A stretch of DNA of 64,000 nt from Balanoglossus misakiensis (lineage: Eukaryota > Animalia > Hemichordata), in assembly GCA_040954595.2 (NCBI GenBank), contig CM082579.2, positions 1,749,908-1,813,907 of the forward strand, in the 5' to 3' direction. This document shows, one piece after another, positions 42,996 through 55,600 of this stretch (its first letter is position 1; the number at the start of each line of letters is the position of its first letter). The notes beneath the pieces were generated by a model, which was given only the letters and a program-made list of their open reading frames with translations, was not told where the DNA came from and searched no databases. The position numbers were made by a program, and so were the translations under genes.

Positions 42996-45900
42996 TCACC
43001 CTAGTTCTTCCAAGGGCAAAGCATCTTTGTTGACGATTCCTTTTTCCTCGACCATGTCGATGTTGGTGTTGGCGTTGGGTGATTCTAACATCTTGGGTTC
43101 GGTTTTTGCCCAATCTTGTTCCTCTGTTTTCATCGTAAACAGAACTATAGTTCCGCCGATGACGTAGATCACAGCGCTTATGGAAAAGACAATCAGCCAC
43201 CTTTCGCGGGAATTCTGTCGAAATAAGAAGTGGCGGTTTAAAAATAAGCAAAAAAAGTGATAAAGTGATAAGAAGTTGAGATCACACTTCGACTGATAAC
43301 CTACCTCCTCTTCCGTCAACACCCCGACCACGTACGGTGTAACGAAACCCGGGATAGAGGCGACGGTGTTGGTGATACCGTAGAGAACTCCGCCGAACCC
43401 TGGAGCAATTTCCACGTGGTTCACTTTGAAGCCGGGCACACTGCAGCCGCTGAACGATGCAGATATCACGATGAGTGATATTGCCAGAGCTTCGTTGCAA
43501 CCAATGAAGCCAGCACCGACGAGGAAGATGGCCGGAAAGTACATACCTGTGTAGTTGAAAAAAACGCATGATAAATAAAGGTACAGCATAACAAAATCTG
43601 CTGTGCACTTTGTGAAGTACCAAACTTGGCTCACAGTTGTTTTGACCATCCGAATACATTGTAAACGACAGTCATAGCTGGCCAAAGTTTTTACTACAAC
43701 AACTAACTCTATTACAATAAATGTCTGAGTTTACTGTCGGCTGTTTTCATATTACTCACCGAAGACTGTAAACATTCTTCTGACGGCGATAGTAGACATG
43801 ACATTGTGTCTTCGCAACAGATCAGCAATCCAACCAGACAGTATTGTGAATAACCATATGCCGAGGTTTGGTAGTGCTGCTATGAAACCAGTCTGAGAAG
43901 ACAAAAGGAAGTTGTCCTTAACATTACAGGGTATGTTCTCTACAGAGGCGTGACAGCAGCAATATCCAGCAATGGTAAAGATGGCGCCCATCTCCTCAGT
44001 TGATTGATAACGCATATATACCTACCGCTGATAAATCAAATCCAAGAACTTGGTCGATGTAGATCGGCAGGCTGGTCAGTAAAGTGTAGTTGCCCCAGTT
44101 ACTGCAGAAATGGCCAATTATCAAGCCCCAAAGCGGCAATGATAGAAAAATGTCCTTCCAGGGAACTTGTTGATCCTGAAATCCATCAAGATACCATACA
44201 TGTTCAATTGAATTCATTCACACATTGTGGTGTAGAAAATCACCCTACTCGAATAAATCTTCCATTTCTTTGTATTCTGGTCACTATCTTTCAGTTTTCA
44301 AATTCTTGAAAAAGATTCTGTAGTCGGCACACAGGACAAAATGTTGAAAATATAGGCGACAGTATTAAACATAACCCACCGTTTCTTCTGAGCTTGAACC
44401 GATGGAATTCTTTATAAAACTCTTCTCATGATCAGTTATTCTGGGGTGTGTGTCAGGTGAATTATGGATTATAAACACCCAGAATATAACCCAAACTATT
44501 CCAAGACACCCTAGAGCATAGATAATAACATTAGACAGATTGTCAATAAATGATAGTCCTTTTTTATGGACAGAGTTAAGACAGATTGGCGGCCATTTTG
44601 AATTCTATCAGAGAATAAAACTACATATATTTATACACAATTTGTATATTTCGTTCATCTCATACATGTTACCTGTTATGTAGAAGACATAGGGCCATCC
44701 AAGACTATCAGCTATGACACCGGAGAGGACGCTCGCGATGACTGAACCAATATTCGTACCTATCAATGATATTAAAAATACTATGTAAATGCTGTACATT
44801 CAAGTTTAACTCGCACCATTTACATTTTACTCAGAAAGACTTGGTGACTGGTAATGCTATTTAGGTAGTGACATCCATGTTGACGTGTTCTTACCTGAAC
44901 ATGAAAACGACATAAGCTGACTGCGCTCTAGTGGGGGCGCCCATTTCCCCCACATTCCGTGATGAGTCGGGAAAACCACGCCCTGTCGTGTAAAATCAGA
45001 TAAATTTTCTATCACTACTTGTTTTGAGCGCACCAAGAGTTACTAAAACGAATGACAATATAACAGTTTGAAATACATTCAATTAACTATCCTGCCTGAA
45101 TCTCACCTGCACAAAGCCCGTGAGGAAACGTAATGTAAACAGGACCCAGAAATCTAGGTATGCTGCCGGTGGGTTGCAAAGAGTTAACACAGATGCCAAA
45201 AATACACTGCCACCAAACATTATTCGACCTCCGAGGCGCTTTTCCATCCACCCTCCCACGATCTGCGTGAGAGCATATCCATAGTAGTACGCCCCCAACA
45301 GGATGCCTTGTAACGAACTGCTCCAAAAGAATTCGCCTTTCTGCAAAGACGGATGAATGAAACAAGTTGACATTCATGGAGCCATCTTCGTTAGTTATTT
45401 GTTTCATTTTCAGTTCAATGCCTACAGTCAGACAACATTGGTCTTGATCTAGTGATGTCGATATTAGTGTTGAAACACAATCGTGATCGATGTAGCTATG
45501 AACACAGTGGAGGAAAGAAACGACAAACCTGGTCAACTAATTCAACTGTAGCGTTGCCATCTGTGCATTCGTCGTCATACCTGTCCGCCACTTGACCTGT
45601 TGTATTCACCATGGCAACGATGGTGACGCTGATGTTATTTCTGAGAATATACACATTGATCATACCGAGGAACATCCACAAAGCGAGCACGTAGCGGGCT
45701 GGCACGTGATCCAAACACTGCGAAATTTTGTGAAGGAAAGGGTTCGGTTAATAACACATGGCACGAATAGTTTATCCCAGAAAACGTGCAATAATTTTCT
45801 GACTATAATAATGTGCAGCTTTTCTACTAATTTTGTTTTCAATGCAAGAAAAGATGCGCGGAACAAATACATGAATGTTGAATACATTAAATCATTGAGG

Positions 45901-46736
45901 TCGGTAGTATGCGGTTTAGATCGCCAGTATAGCGTGGTCTGTCCGGTCGCGCACACTACTAGTAGTTGTTTCGTATCTCATGTTACTATCACAGCGACTA
46001 TTCTTTTCCCCTCCCTGACAAATACCTTTCAGACATTCGAGATACAAATAATCATCAGAGCCGAGGATATTTGTACCGTATAAATGATCGTTTAGATATA
46101 AGTCGTTACTTGCCCCAACATGTTAGTCAAAGATTTGTTTTTGTTGTGGGTAAATGATAATCTATGATATTATATAACATATTTCACAGTTTTTTGATCA
46201 CATGATTTGTATGGTGTTGTTGTGTCTGATACCACTGACTTCATTTTAGCAGTAAGTAAAAATCTTAATATAACCTGAATAAAGAAAGACACAAAGTAGT
46301 GACAAAATTCACTTTGCGTGTGATCGAAAAAGAATTGGCATTTTCATAAAAGCAACAGTTAGAGCACCCAAGAATGTTGGGGAGGGAGGCGGTCAGAGAA
46401 TTTTGAAAACGTCACCATGATCAAACGATCTCGTGACAAGAAAAAGAAACTCATTCAGAATCACGGAGAAATGATAATGAGGACAGAAGAAAAACTGCGT
46501 TCGAAAATACTGTCAACACCAATGCTGTTTGTGAACTTTTGTTTTGCAAAGACGTATGAGACGTTATCAAGTGCCAACTGAAGTTTTGGTTTTGTGGGCG
46601 TTCACTTATAGGCAAAACAACTGTCTGGCTTCATCTGTCCGAGTTGCGTTGCATATCACTCTAGCATAAAATAACACCACGGCCCAACCACCTCACCCCC
46701 ATTTCGGTAAAATACCTGTCTACAGCAGTTCGCCAT
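42996..46736 (-). CDS. SLC17/sialin-like MFS anion transporter, paralogue A (multi-exon; first exon 46736-46716 is tentative)
   Basis: Exons encode ARYVLALWMFLGMINVYILRNNISVTIVAMVN, FFWSSSLQGILLGAYYYGYALTQIVGG, GVVFPTHHGMWGKWAPPLERS, GWPYVFYITG, HPRITDHE, VPWKDIFLSLP, HVEIAPGFGGVLYGITNT and EEQDWA, joined by GT-AG introns (e.g. exons 45717-45529, 45340-45107, 44982-44895, 44759-44673). Stop TGA at 42998-42996 is followed by AATAAA. A gccATGG 7-codon exon (MANCCRQ) joins exon 2 in phase. Confidence 0.92.
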
Positions 46737-47550
46737 GGCTGTAACTTCTCGGCAGAATCTTGAAAAAAAGGGACGGACGGTCGAATGATGGTGATAGAGA
46801 CTACAAAATGCGCTTGCTGATCTCGGAGACTTCGAAATGTGATAGCGACTTCGAAGTGAATTTGTAGAGGTCGCCTTTAAACGTCTTAATCAGCTGACTA
46901 AAGGTCGTCAACTGGAACGTAATTTACGAGACGGGCGTATCTGAATCACACACAAAAATGGCAGAACTGTCCAGTTCATTTACGGGTGATGATTTCATGT
47001 CACGTATAATATAACGGACGCCACAGATGTAGAAACTCAGTTCACCTCTAATATGCCAAGATGGGATTTCAAGGGGTGGTTGTATTACTCAAAGTTGAAA
47101 GGTTACGTCACCCCATGCACCTGGGAACTTGCATCACACTTCATCATGATAGGAAAAACCATAGATGAAATGAGCACCCGTCAAACTCTGTGAGTACGTG
47201 TAATATCGTTCAACCATAGAAAGTATATCTCACTTCTGTTGTCTGTGGTTCAACAAAGAATCTTTATAGGGGGGGGGGGTTAAAAACGTCAAAAAGTGGA
47301 GTATATCTAAGGATAAACATGTGACGACTGACTTTTATTACGCTTTGTTTCTTCATCACGTGACCTCATTCTCTATAATCACCTGGGAGAGCCCCCCCCC
47401 CCCCCCCCCTTCTCCATTTTGGTCAGCACCACACTATAGGACCAAAAATATTGGTGGAGAAAATGTATTCGAGTGAATTTGAGGATTGCGGTAAGTCCGC
47501 AGTCCTTGCAATTAATATTTCAAGTTGGAACAGAGTGATAAAAAATTTAT

Positions 47551-47632
47551 CGCTGCGAGCAGGGTTCGAACCTGCGCGGGGAAACCCCATTGGATTTCGA
47601 GTCCAACGCCTTAACCACTCGGCCATCACAGC
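47551..47632 (-). tRNA. tRNA-Ser(CGA)
   Basis: Identical to the 42238 copy except for one base in the variable arm (GGGGTTTCCCC); followed by a T6 terminator. Confidence 0.97.
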
Positions 47633-48165
47633 TGACGTCATGTAAGCGTCGTAAACTATGTTAAGTAATCTTTAACACAAGGTCACCTGGTGAATTTTAA
47701 ATTAACCTCACAGAAATTTACTTTACAGATAACACTTTCACGTTCCAGAGTATGATTAACTGGGATCTACTTCATAAAACTATCCAAACCATTTCAAAAT
47801 GAAAATGGACGTTTAGGTGCACATACGCGCTTCGACGCGACCTCAGCTCCGTACCGGGGTTCCAGTAAATCGCGACGTGTACTTACACACATTCACTCAG
47901 TTTAATAATAATGCTCAAGGGTTTTCTGCAATTTTGCAACACCCAGAGCTGCAGAACGGCCAAGCATTTTTGAGTTTTTCGGGGGCACACAGCTAATACC
48001 GCTGTCGTAAAATTCCAAAGCCCCTTTTACGGCATAGTGTATCTGCCGCACGCGCAACGTGTAATACACGAATGAGTAAGATTTTGCAACCAAACTAACT
48101 CAAACAGCTTTCAAACTATTTAAATAAAATATAGGACACAAGTTTCCATCGAAACTTAACTAGTA

Positions 48166-51100
48166 TCAAAGTTTTGCCTCGGCGCCTTCGTCCTTTTCAT
48201 GTTTGCTTGGAGACAATTCAACACTGTCCCCGAGTTCTGCCTCGTTGTCGTTTGGTTCAGGCCTTGATTTGGCCCACTCCTGTTCTTCTGTCTTTATGGT
48301 TGCCAGGACAACAGTACCCCCGACAAGATAGAAACAAGCCGTAATGACGAAGATGAGGAGCCAGGAATCAGCACCCGTCTGAAAAATCGATGGAGACGCG
48401 TTTTACATTCATGTAACTGTTAGTTTGCTGTAGGGCCTACGTCATTGAACCACCACAGCCTGAGATAATATGTTTGCTTGTTTGTCTGTCTGTCTGTTTT
48501 TACGTCGGTTCATCGCAACCCATCCGTACTCGTTTTTCCTAAATCAAATACAGATGTACTTACGCCCCTTTCTTGTAAAATAATACCATTGACGTAGGGG
48601 GCTGCAAATCCTGGAAAAGCAGCAGCCGTGTTAGTGATACCATACAAAACACCGCCGAAGCGAGGTGCTATCTCCACGTGATTGACCTTGAAGCCAGGAT
48701 ACGATGTCGACGCGAAGGAGTTGGCGAGAACGAGGAAAGACACAGCCATCGCTCGGTTGCAGCCAACGTATGCGTTGGAAAGCAGGAAAAACGCCGGGAA
48801 ATACATTCCTAAAATTGAGTTAAAAGATTAAAAATAGATGATTCTCAATAATTTCACAATGAACCACGCCCTTCGTAACCAGCTGTGATGGCCGAGTGGT
48901 TAAGGCGTTGGACTTGAAATCCAATGGGGTCTCCCCGCGCAGGTTCGAACCCTGCTCGCAGCGATATTTTTTTATCTAGTGATAATTTTTCATGATTTAT
49001 TTACACCACCATTTTGAAGAACAAATTCTCATAGAAAAATAACTGAGAAAATAAATACTAAGTAGTTTCAGGGCTGTGTTAGCCTGAAAACGGACAGATT
49101 ATACTGCATTCTGAGATATATTTACCGAAAACTGTAAAAAGTCTCCTGACAGCTCGGGTGGACATAATATTCCTTCTTCTCAACTCGTCTGCTATGTATG
49201 CACCAACAACTGTAAATATCCATGACCCCGCGTACGGCAAAGCGGATACCACTCCGTTCTGAATTTTAGACAGATAGAAATAAGAATCAAGCAAAGGTTT
49301 TACGTATTCAACTTTTGCGTAGACGTATACGTACTTGCGGGTTCACTCACTCACTTGATCCTTCACGTGCACACTGGAGTAAACATTTAACCCGGACACT
49401 CACCTCATTGAGATCAAAAGCCAAGACTTGTGCGTTGAAAGACGGCAGGCCAGTCATTAGAGTGTAAAGTCCCCAATTACTGAAAGTGTGACCGATGATT
49501 AAACCCCACACCTGTACAGATGTAAAAATGGCGCGCCATGGTACCCGAGGATCCTATCAGTAACGAGAGTAATCAGTTGTAAGATATGATGATAACATGC
49601 ATATGATCGGCTGCAAGGTTGGCAGAAAAAATTACCCCAAACTCTCTGCGTCTTTACGGCATCCAACTCCGATTTATCAAAGCATCAGTGAGTATGTGAG
49701 ACGCCAAAAATGTATCTTTTCGTACCTTGTTTGTGGCACTTGGTCCGATAGATTCCTCGATGTAGCGTCTTTCCTCTTCGGTAATTCTCGGATGCGTCGA
49801 CGGGGCGTCGTGTATGAGAGCACACCAAGCAACACACCACACAAAGGAAACTATGCCTGGAAACGATAGTCCGACATTTCTGGTTAAAAACTGACTGCAA
49901 TGATATACAGAAATATGCGAACATTTTGTAGTACAGCTGTAGACTTTGCTATAAACAAGTAATTTTCTGTACCTGAAAGATAGAAAATCGAAGGCCAACC
50001 CAGATAATAGCCCAGGAAACCTGCCGAAACGTTGATGATAACCGTGCCAATCGTTGTACCTGAAAGGATATGCATGATAAGAAACGTAACCTACACACTA
50101 AGCAAAAAATGGGAATATTGGAATATTGTCTTCGTCTTTGAAACGATGGAAACTTCAACTAAATCACTACCAATGCGCTACCACTGCACTGTTTGAGACG
50201 GCACTGGGACTCGTACCTGACGTTGAATACGATAGCAGTTTACTTCTTTCGAGTGGAGGAGCCCATTTACCCCACATACCATGATGAGTTGGATATACAA
50301 CAGCCTGTGCAGATGATACAGAAAGATGATGCACACAGTACGTAGACATGGTCAAAAGAAATATAAAAGAGGACACATAAGACCAGCATTATCGGAATAC
50401 TTCTTTTTTTGGAGAAAAACATAGTTTTCTGGGTTGATGTCGAAGGGCTATCATTGTTACGCCAAATTCAATTACTGTAATATACGGTCCTGCTCGATCC
50501 ACAAAGACTGGGGGCTTTTGTGAACAATTATGCCTAAAACAGGTAAAAACGGTTCCCCTTACATGGCACATTCCTATGAGAAGACGACAAACAAAGACCA
50601 CCCAGAAATGTAAATAAGCTGCAGGTACGGTGAGCACAGTCAAGACGGATGAGATAGACATGCTGCCGCCCATCATGACTCGACCACCGATTCTCTTCTC
50701 CATCCAGCCACCAATGACCTGTGTGAGAGCGTAACCGTAATAGTACGCTCCCAAGAGGATACCTTGCTGGTAACTGTCCCAGAAAAACTCTCCCTCCTGC
50801 AATGGAAATATTCGGGCGGTGGGTGATCGGCAGGTGCAAGGCTGGGTCTAACAATTAGCACGTCATGCAGTAATCATTGATTGATAGCCTGCATTTTCTT
50901 GGCTCGACCAAAAGACGTGTTTTTGTCGTTAATTGTAATTCATCACATTCTTACAGAGTAAAACGTGATTCTATGCATAGACTGGGTATCATTTATTTTA
51001 GTCGTCGACACGAAAGCTGTTGGAGAAAAGAAAATTTTAGGCATTTATAGCAAATTCTCAACACTGATATATGTACATCTTGCGATATGCGAAACTTTCA

Positions 51101-51793
51101 CATTAAAAACGATACAGCATTTTTATTTTGAAAGTTCGGGTTGAAAATTACATTTGCCAATGACATTATTAGGCTTAACTTTTGATGGAAACTAAACAAA
51201 CGTTCCCTCTTTCCGTTGGTACAGCCGTCAGTACACTACCTGTTCGAAAGGATCAATGCCTTGGCCGTCTTCCCCTTCACGGAAGCATTCCGATTCGTTG
51301 TAGAGCGTCTTTGACTGACCTGTCATGTTTACCATGGCAACGATACTAACATTCAGATTATTTCTGAGACTGTAGAGGTTCATGAACCCCATGAAAAACA
51401 TCAACACCAACACGTGGCGAGCCAAAATAAAACTGCACGACACCTGAGAAAGGAAACCGATATCGATTACATTGCAAACAGTTTTAAGTTCACGTGGCTG
51501 GCATGACCTATGTCTGGACGTCGACGTGGGTGATATTGTAACAATTTAGCTCAGCATAGCACGAAAGCATGACAAATTTTGGACGTCTCAAGTAACCCAT
51601 CCATGAGCAATATTACTAACAAATCGCAACAAACAACGACCCATGCTTCATTTTATATCGGTCACATTCGGTGGTTTCATACCTTGTTTTCCACCGGATC
51701 TTGTTCTGAGACGTATTTACGCACATCTTCAGTCTGCCTGCGGCTACCGGTACCACGAAGAAGAGGCGTTTTCTCTTTAGCTGGCGAGTCCAT
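48166..51793 (-). CDS. SLC17/sialin (SLC17A5)-like transporter, paralogue B (multi-exon)
   Basis: First exon 51793-51683 (MDSPAKEKTPLL...) carries a dileucine motif like sialin DRTPLL. Exons 51443-51240, 50796-50563 and onward have the same intron positions and motifs as paralogue A (MWGKWAPPLERS, HPRITEEE, EIAPRFGG, EEQEWA). Stop TGA at 48168-48166. Confidence 0.93.
48882..48963 (+). tRNA. tRNA-Ser(TGA), intronic and antisense within SLC17 paralogue B
   Basis: Same 82-nt body as the 42238 copy, with anticodon loop CT-TGA-AA and a T7 terminator; lies in intron 48809-49125. Confidence 0.96.
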
Positions 51794-52605
51794 GTTTACT
51801 GCATACCGATGGCATTAGGCCTGGTTCGTTGTCTTTGATAGTAAACACTGAAACAAGCGAACACTGCCACAATTTCACTTCTGTCACCGGTGTTGGTTGG
51901 TGTACGTGTTTTGATCGGAAAGTGAGGTCAGGGTTAGGTCATCCTGTTTCTGGGTCAGAACGCAGATCTATATTAAATGCAACCGTAGTCCAGAGCTTTA
52001 TGAACCTTAACATATTTGCAATATTCATAAATAAATACCCAAATTCCTCCTGAAAAGCGGACTCAAAATAAAAATCTCACCACCCTCATGACTTTTCGTC
52101 GGATATGTTCATTTATAGAGGGCGCTGTTCAAGGGAGTTGGTAAAGGTTGTTCAAGGTCACCAGATGGGGTCAACGTGACTTTTTACGCGAGCGTGACTG
52201 GGGGACTGTTGGTGAATGAGAATCCCATATCCAGCTATAGAATGGACTCAATCTCACTTATCACTTCTATGCACACCTTTTTTATTCATAGCACTCCTAA
52301 AAACCGTTACCTTACACAGCAAGCTCCAATAACTCTGGACACAAATACTAAGATCTGAAATATACTAGTATATATGTGTGTGCATACGTGTCGACCATAC
52401 ACACATGGTATATAAACAAACAGTGACAGCCCTGTTTAATATATTCCTAATAAAGATACAATCAAATGCTTTTAAAGCATTTATATGGGGCAGCTGATCC
52501 TACTCCAAATCTAAACAGATACAGGGAACTGTGGCTTATATAAATCTGAAAAAGTTGACCAAAAGTTGAAGCCAGTGATCCTTCAAAGTACATCCCACTT
52601 TAATT

Positions 52606-55600
52606 CTAAATTTCATCTTCTATATTCCTTGTTTTCTTCTTTCTGGATTTCTTATGCCTTCCCTTGTTGCCTTGCTGAATTCTGAACGTGATGCACTGTG
52701 GAAAAATACAAGAATTTAGAGTGATCGGACGAAAAACTCACATAGTCTCTTTCTCCCTCTCTTGTCATTTCAACTGGCATGGATTTTCTAGTTAGCCAGC
52801 AAAGCACTTCCATACTACTCTGCCATAATTACAACCGGAATCTCAAAAACATACAAAGACTAAATGCCTACCTGCTCATCCAAAACATTCATCAACTTTG
52901 CTTGGCCACATGAGATACCAGATTCTTTTAGTTCATTGGATAGCTCTGCCAGATCAAATGGCTATGGAAATAAGAAGAAATTTGTTAGCATTCAGTAAAA
53001 TTCAGTATATGGTCAGCATTGTGATAAAATAAAAACCTTTGCTTTTGCCACTTGTCAAGAAAACCTGAAAACAAAACGAATCATGGCAGTGGATACAGCT
53101 TTCCATGAAGTAAAGCTCAGTTGTAGTCACTACCATTATGAATGCACAAAAACAAACATTTGAGATGAAATTTTCTGGAGGTCAAAATGCAGATTCTTGT
53201 GTAAACATTGCTACTTGGCTTCAAAGGAAGAGTCACCTCATATTGCAGAACTCTCTTATGCCACTTCTCATTCTCTTTCAGAAACTTCTTGATCTGTCCT
53301 TCCTTGTCTTCTTCTGAAGCCTAAAAAAAAGAGAACACAAATTTTAGTCAAAAAGCTTCATGTGAGGAAAAGTATTCTTCGCCCTTGCTATGCTGAGAAC
53401 AAAGAAATAATGGTATCAAACAGAATTGTACTACACCTGTTGTGATGCCGTTAAGTCTTCATCTTCCTCATCAACAAGTAGAATGCTCTCACCAAAATCG
53501 TCTCCTTCTTCAGATTCACTGTAAATCACACAAGAATGGAAAGAGAAAAACTGCATCAAAATCAAATGAATGTTGTGTCATTATTCTGCTGCGGGCCGGT
53601 ATGCCATTTGTGAGTGTGTTTAGCAACTACCAGTTCTTGCCCAATTTCACTGAATTACAAACGATCACAAACCAAAATACACGTACACATAGATATCTTC
53701 TCCTAGCTACACTAATTTCTGTGAGCAATATGATACTTTGTTTCAATTAAACAAAGTCCTCCTTCTATGAGATAATACCTTCCTTTGTTCGGATCTACTG
53801 AGACACTTACCTGTTATCAGATGTGTCATTTCTGTCTGTGGATGGTTCAGACTCCTCACTGATGTTTTGACTAGACTGTCCATCTCTGCTTCCACCACTG
53901 TCCTGTGTTTCTGTCTTGGGCTCAGCAGATGCGGATTTCGCTTTCAGTTTATCTGATGAGCATAAAAGGATTGTGTACAGATCCTACAATACCTCAAAGA
54001 TTGTTATATCTACATGCACTTCTTTCATACGAGGAATTCCCTTCATACAAACATGCAGTTTACCTTTGTGGGTGTAGTCATAAATTGATTTCAACAAAGT
54101 CACTGCTTTCCTCCTAGGCACCGCCCTGACGCCAAATTTATTGAGTTCTCCCTGAAATATTCAAAACAAGAAATGCCAGTATCATGTTAGTACGGTAACC
54201 CTAACCCTAATCCAACACTATTAACAATGCCTTCTGTATGCCTGTACAACAATAAGGATTTTCCTTGACAATTAAAGCACAGGTTGTGGTGGCCGCTTTA
54301 CAAAGAGAAGTTCTGGATAGAGCCACAGTTACCTTAAGTACAGGTGTTGCCATGTCCTGATAATCAGGCATAGGTGTGATGGGACTGTCTGGTGATGCCA
54401 CCACGGCGGTCGGAGTGACCGATGTCTTGCTCCATGATCTGGAACTGGTCATTGTTGGTGTTGTCATTTCTGTGACAGCAAACTGATCTCCCGACTTTCC
54501 TGAAGTTTGATTTTCACAGCTCTGGTTGGCTGTCCATATCAGACTACTGTCCAAATCTAGAGTAAAAGAACCACTGCTATGATCTGGAGTGGCACCTTTT
54601 GCCGCATGAGAGTTGTCATTGTCGTTTCTGACTTCAGTGACGTCTGCAACACCTTCACCATCATTTGAATCTCCCTTCTGTTTAACTCCAATGACTTCAG
54701 AATCAGATTCGTGATCGGTTGCTTCTTCCTGTCCAAGGTTGGTCATTTCATCAGCTGAACCATGCTCAGTGCCAGCATTGTCGTCTCCCTTCAGGAAGAG
54801 AATCAAATATTTTGTACTGAAATATGGCACCATCAATTTCATACATTCACTATCAAATCGCATATTACCAGCATCACCAATTTAAATCAGTAAGTTTTAG
54901 AACATTAATGATTATTCCATGACATTGTATACATGTACACTGTTTAAAACGGCTGCTACAGTGAACCCTGGAACAGCTGGGAAAAGGTCTATTCACATGA
55001 GTTACTGTTCTTGGTTGGATATAGCAAACTGTAAAACATGCAAAGTGTCACCACCTTTTAGTGATAACCATCAGATATACCACATTATCTTCTGATTCAT
55101 GTACCTGAAAAATATCTGGGACACACATGTCCATGTTGAATCCACCATCATCCATGAAATCAATCAAGCTATCATCCTGTACAGCTCTGTCACTGTCATC
55201 TTTTATTTCAAACACCTCCTCCTCTGCCTTCTCCTGAATTTGTTCCGCATCCTGACCGTCAATCTTCTGATCTTCATTCCATTCAGCTGTTTCCTTCTCC
55301 TTGTTTGCCACGTCTGACCTCACCTCTGTGGGGGAGTCATCAGCCGTGCCGGGGTTTTGCAATCTATTTCTGAGGGAAGTGGCTTGTTGTGACGCTCCGA
55401 ATTTGGGAGATGGGCTTTGTGAGAGGGTGATATCGGCCAGTCTCTTTTGAGGTGTCAAGGCTCCTGCATTGGAAGACTGGGTGGCCCGGAATACAGGTGA
55501 CTCTGATCCGAAAACTCCCATGCTTTCATCTTTCTCTTCTTCTGAACCACTGCTAATAATTATTTGCCCTTCATCATGTCTGTTCTCCATTTTGGTATCG

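Noticed and set aside
46110-46121. Alternative SLC17-A first exon ATG TTG GGG CAA|gtaacg
   Set aside because: In phase, but weaker start context and donor than the 46736-46716 candidate; not excluded
54197-54210. Telomere-like (CCCTAA)2 in an SLX4 intron
   Set aside because: Only two units; expected by chance or as a common short repeat
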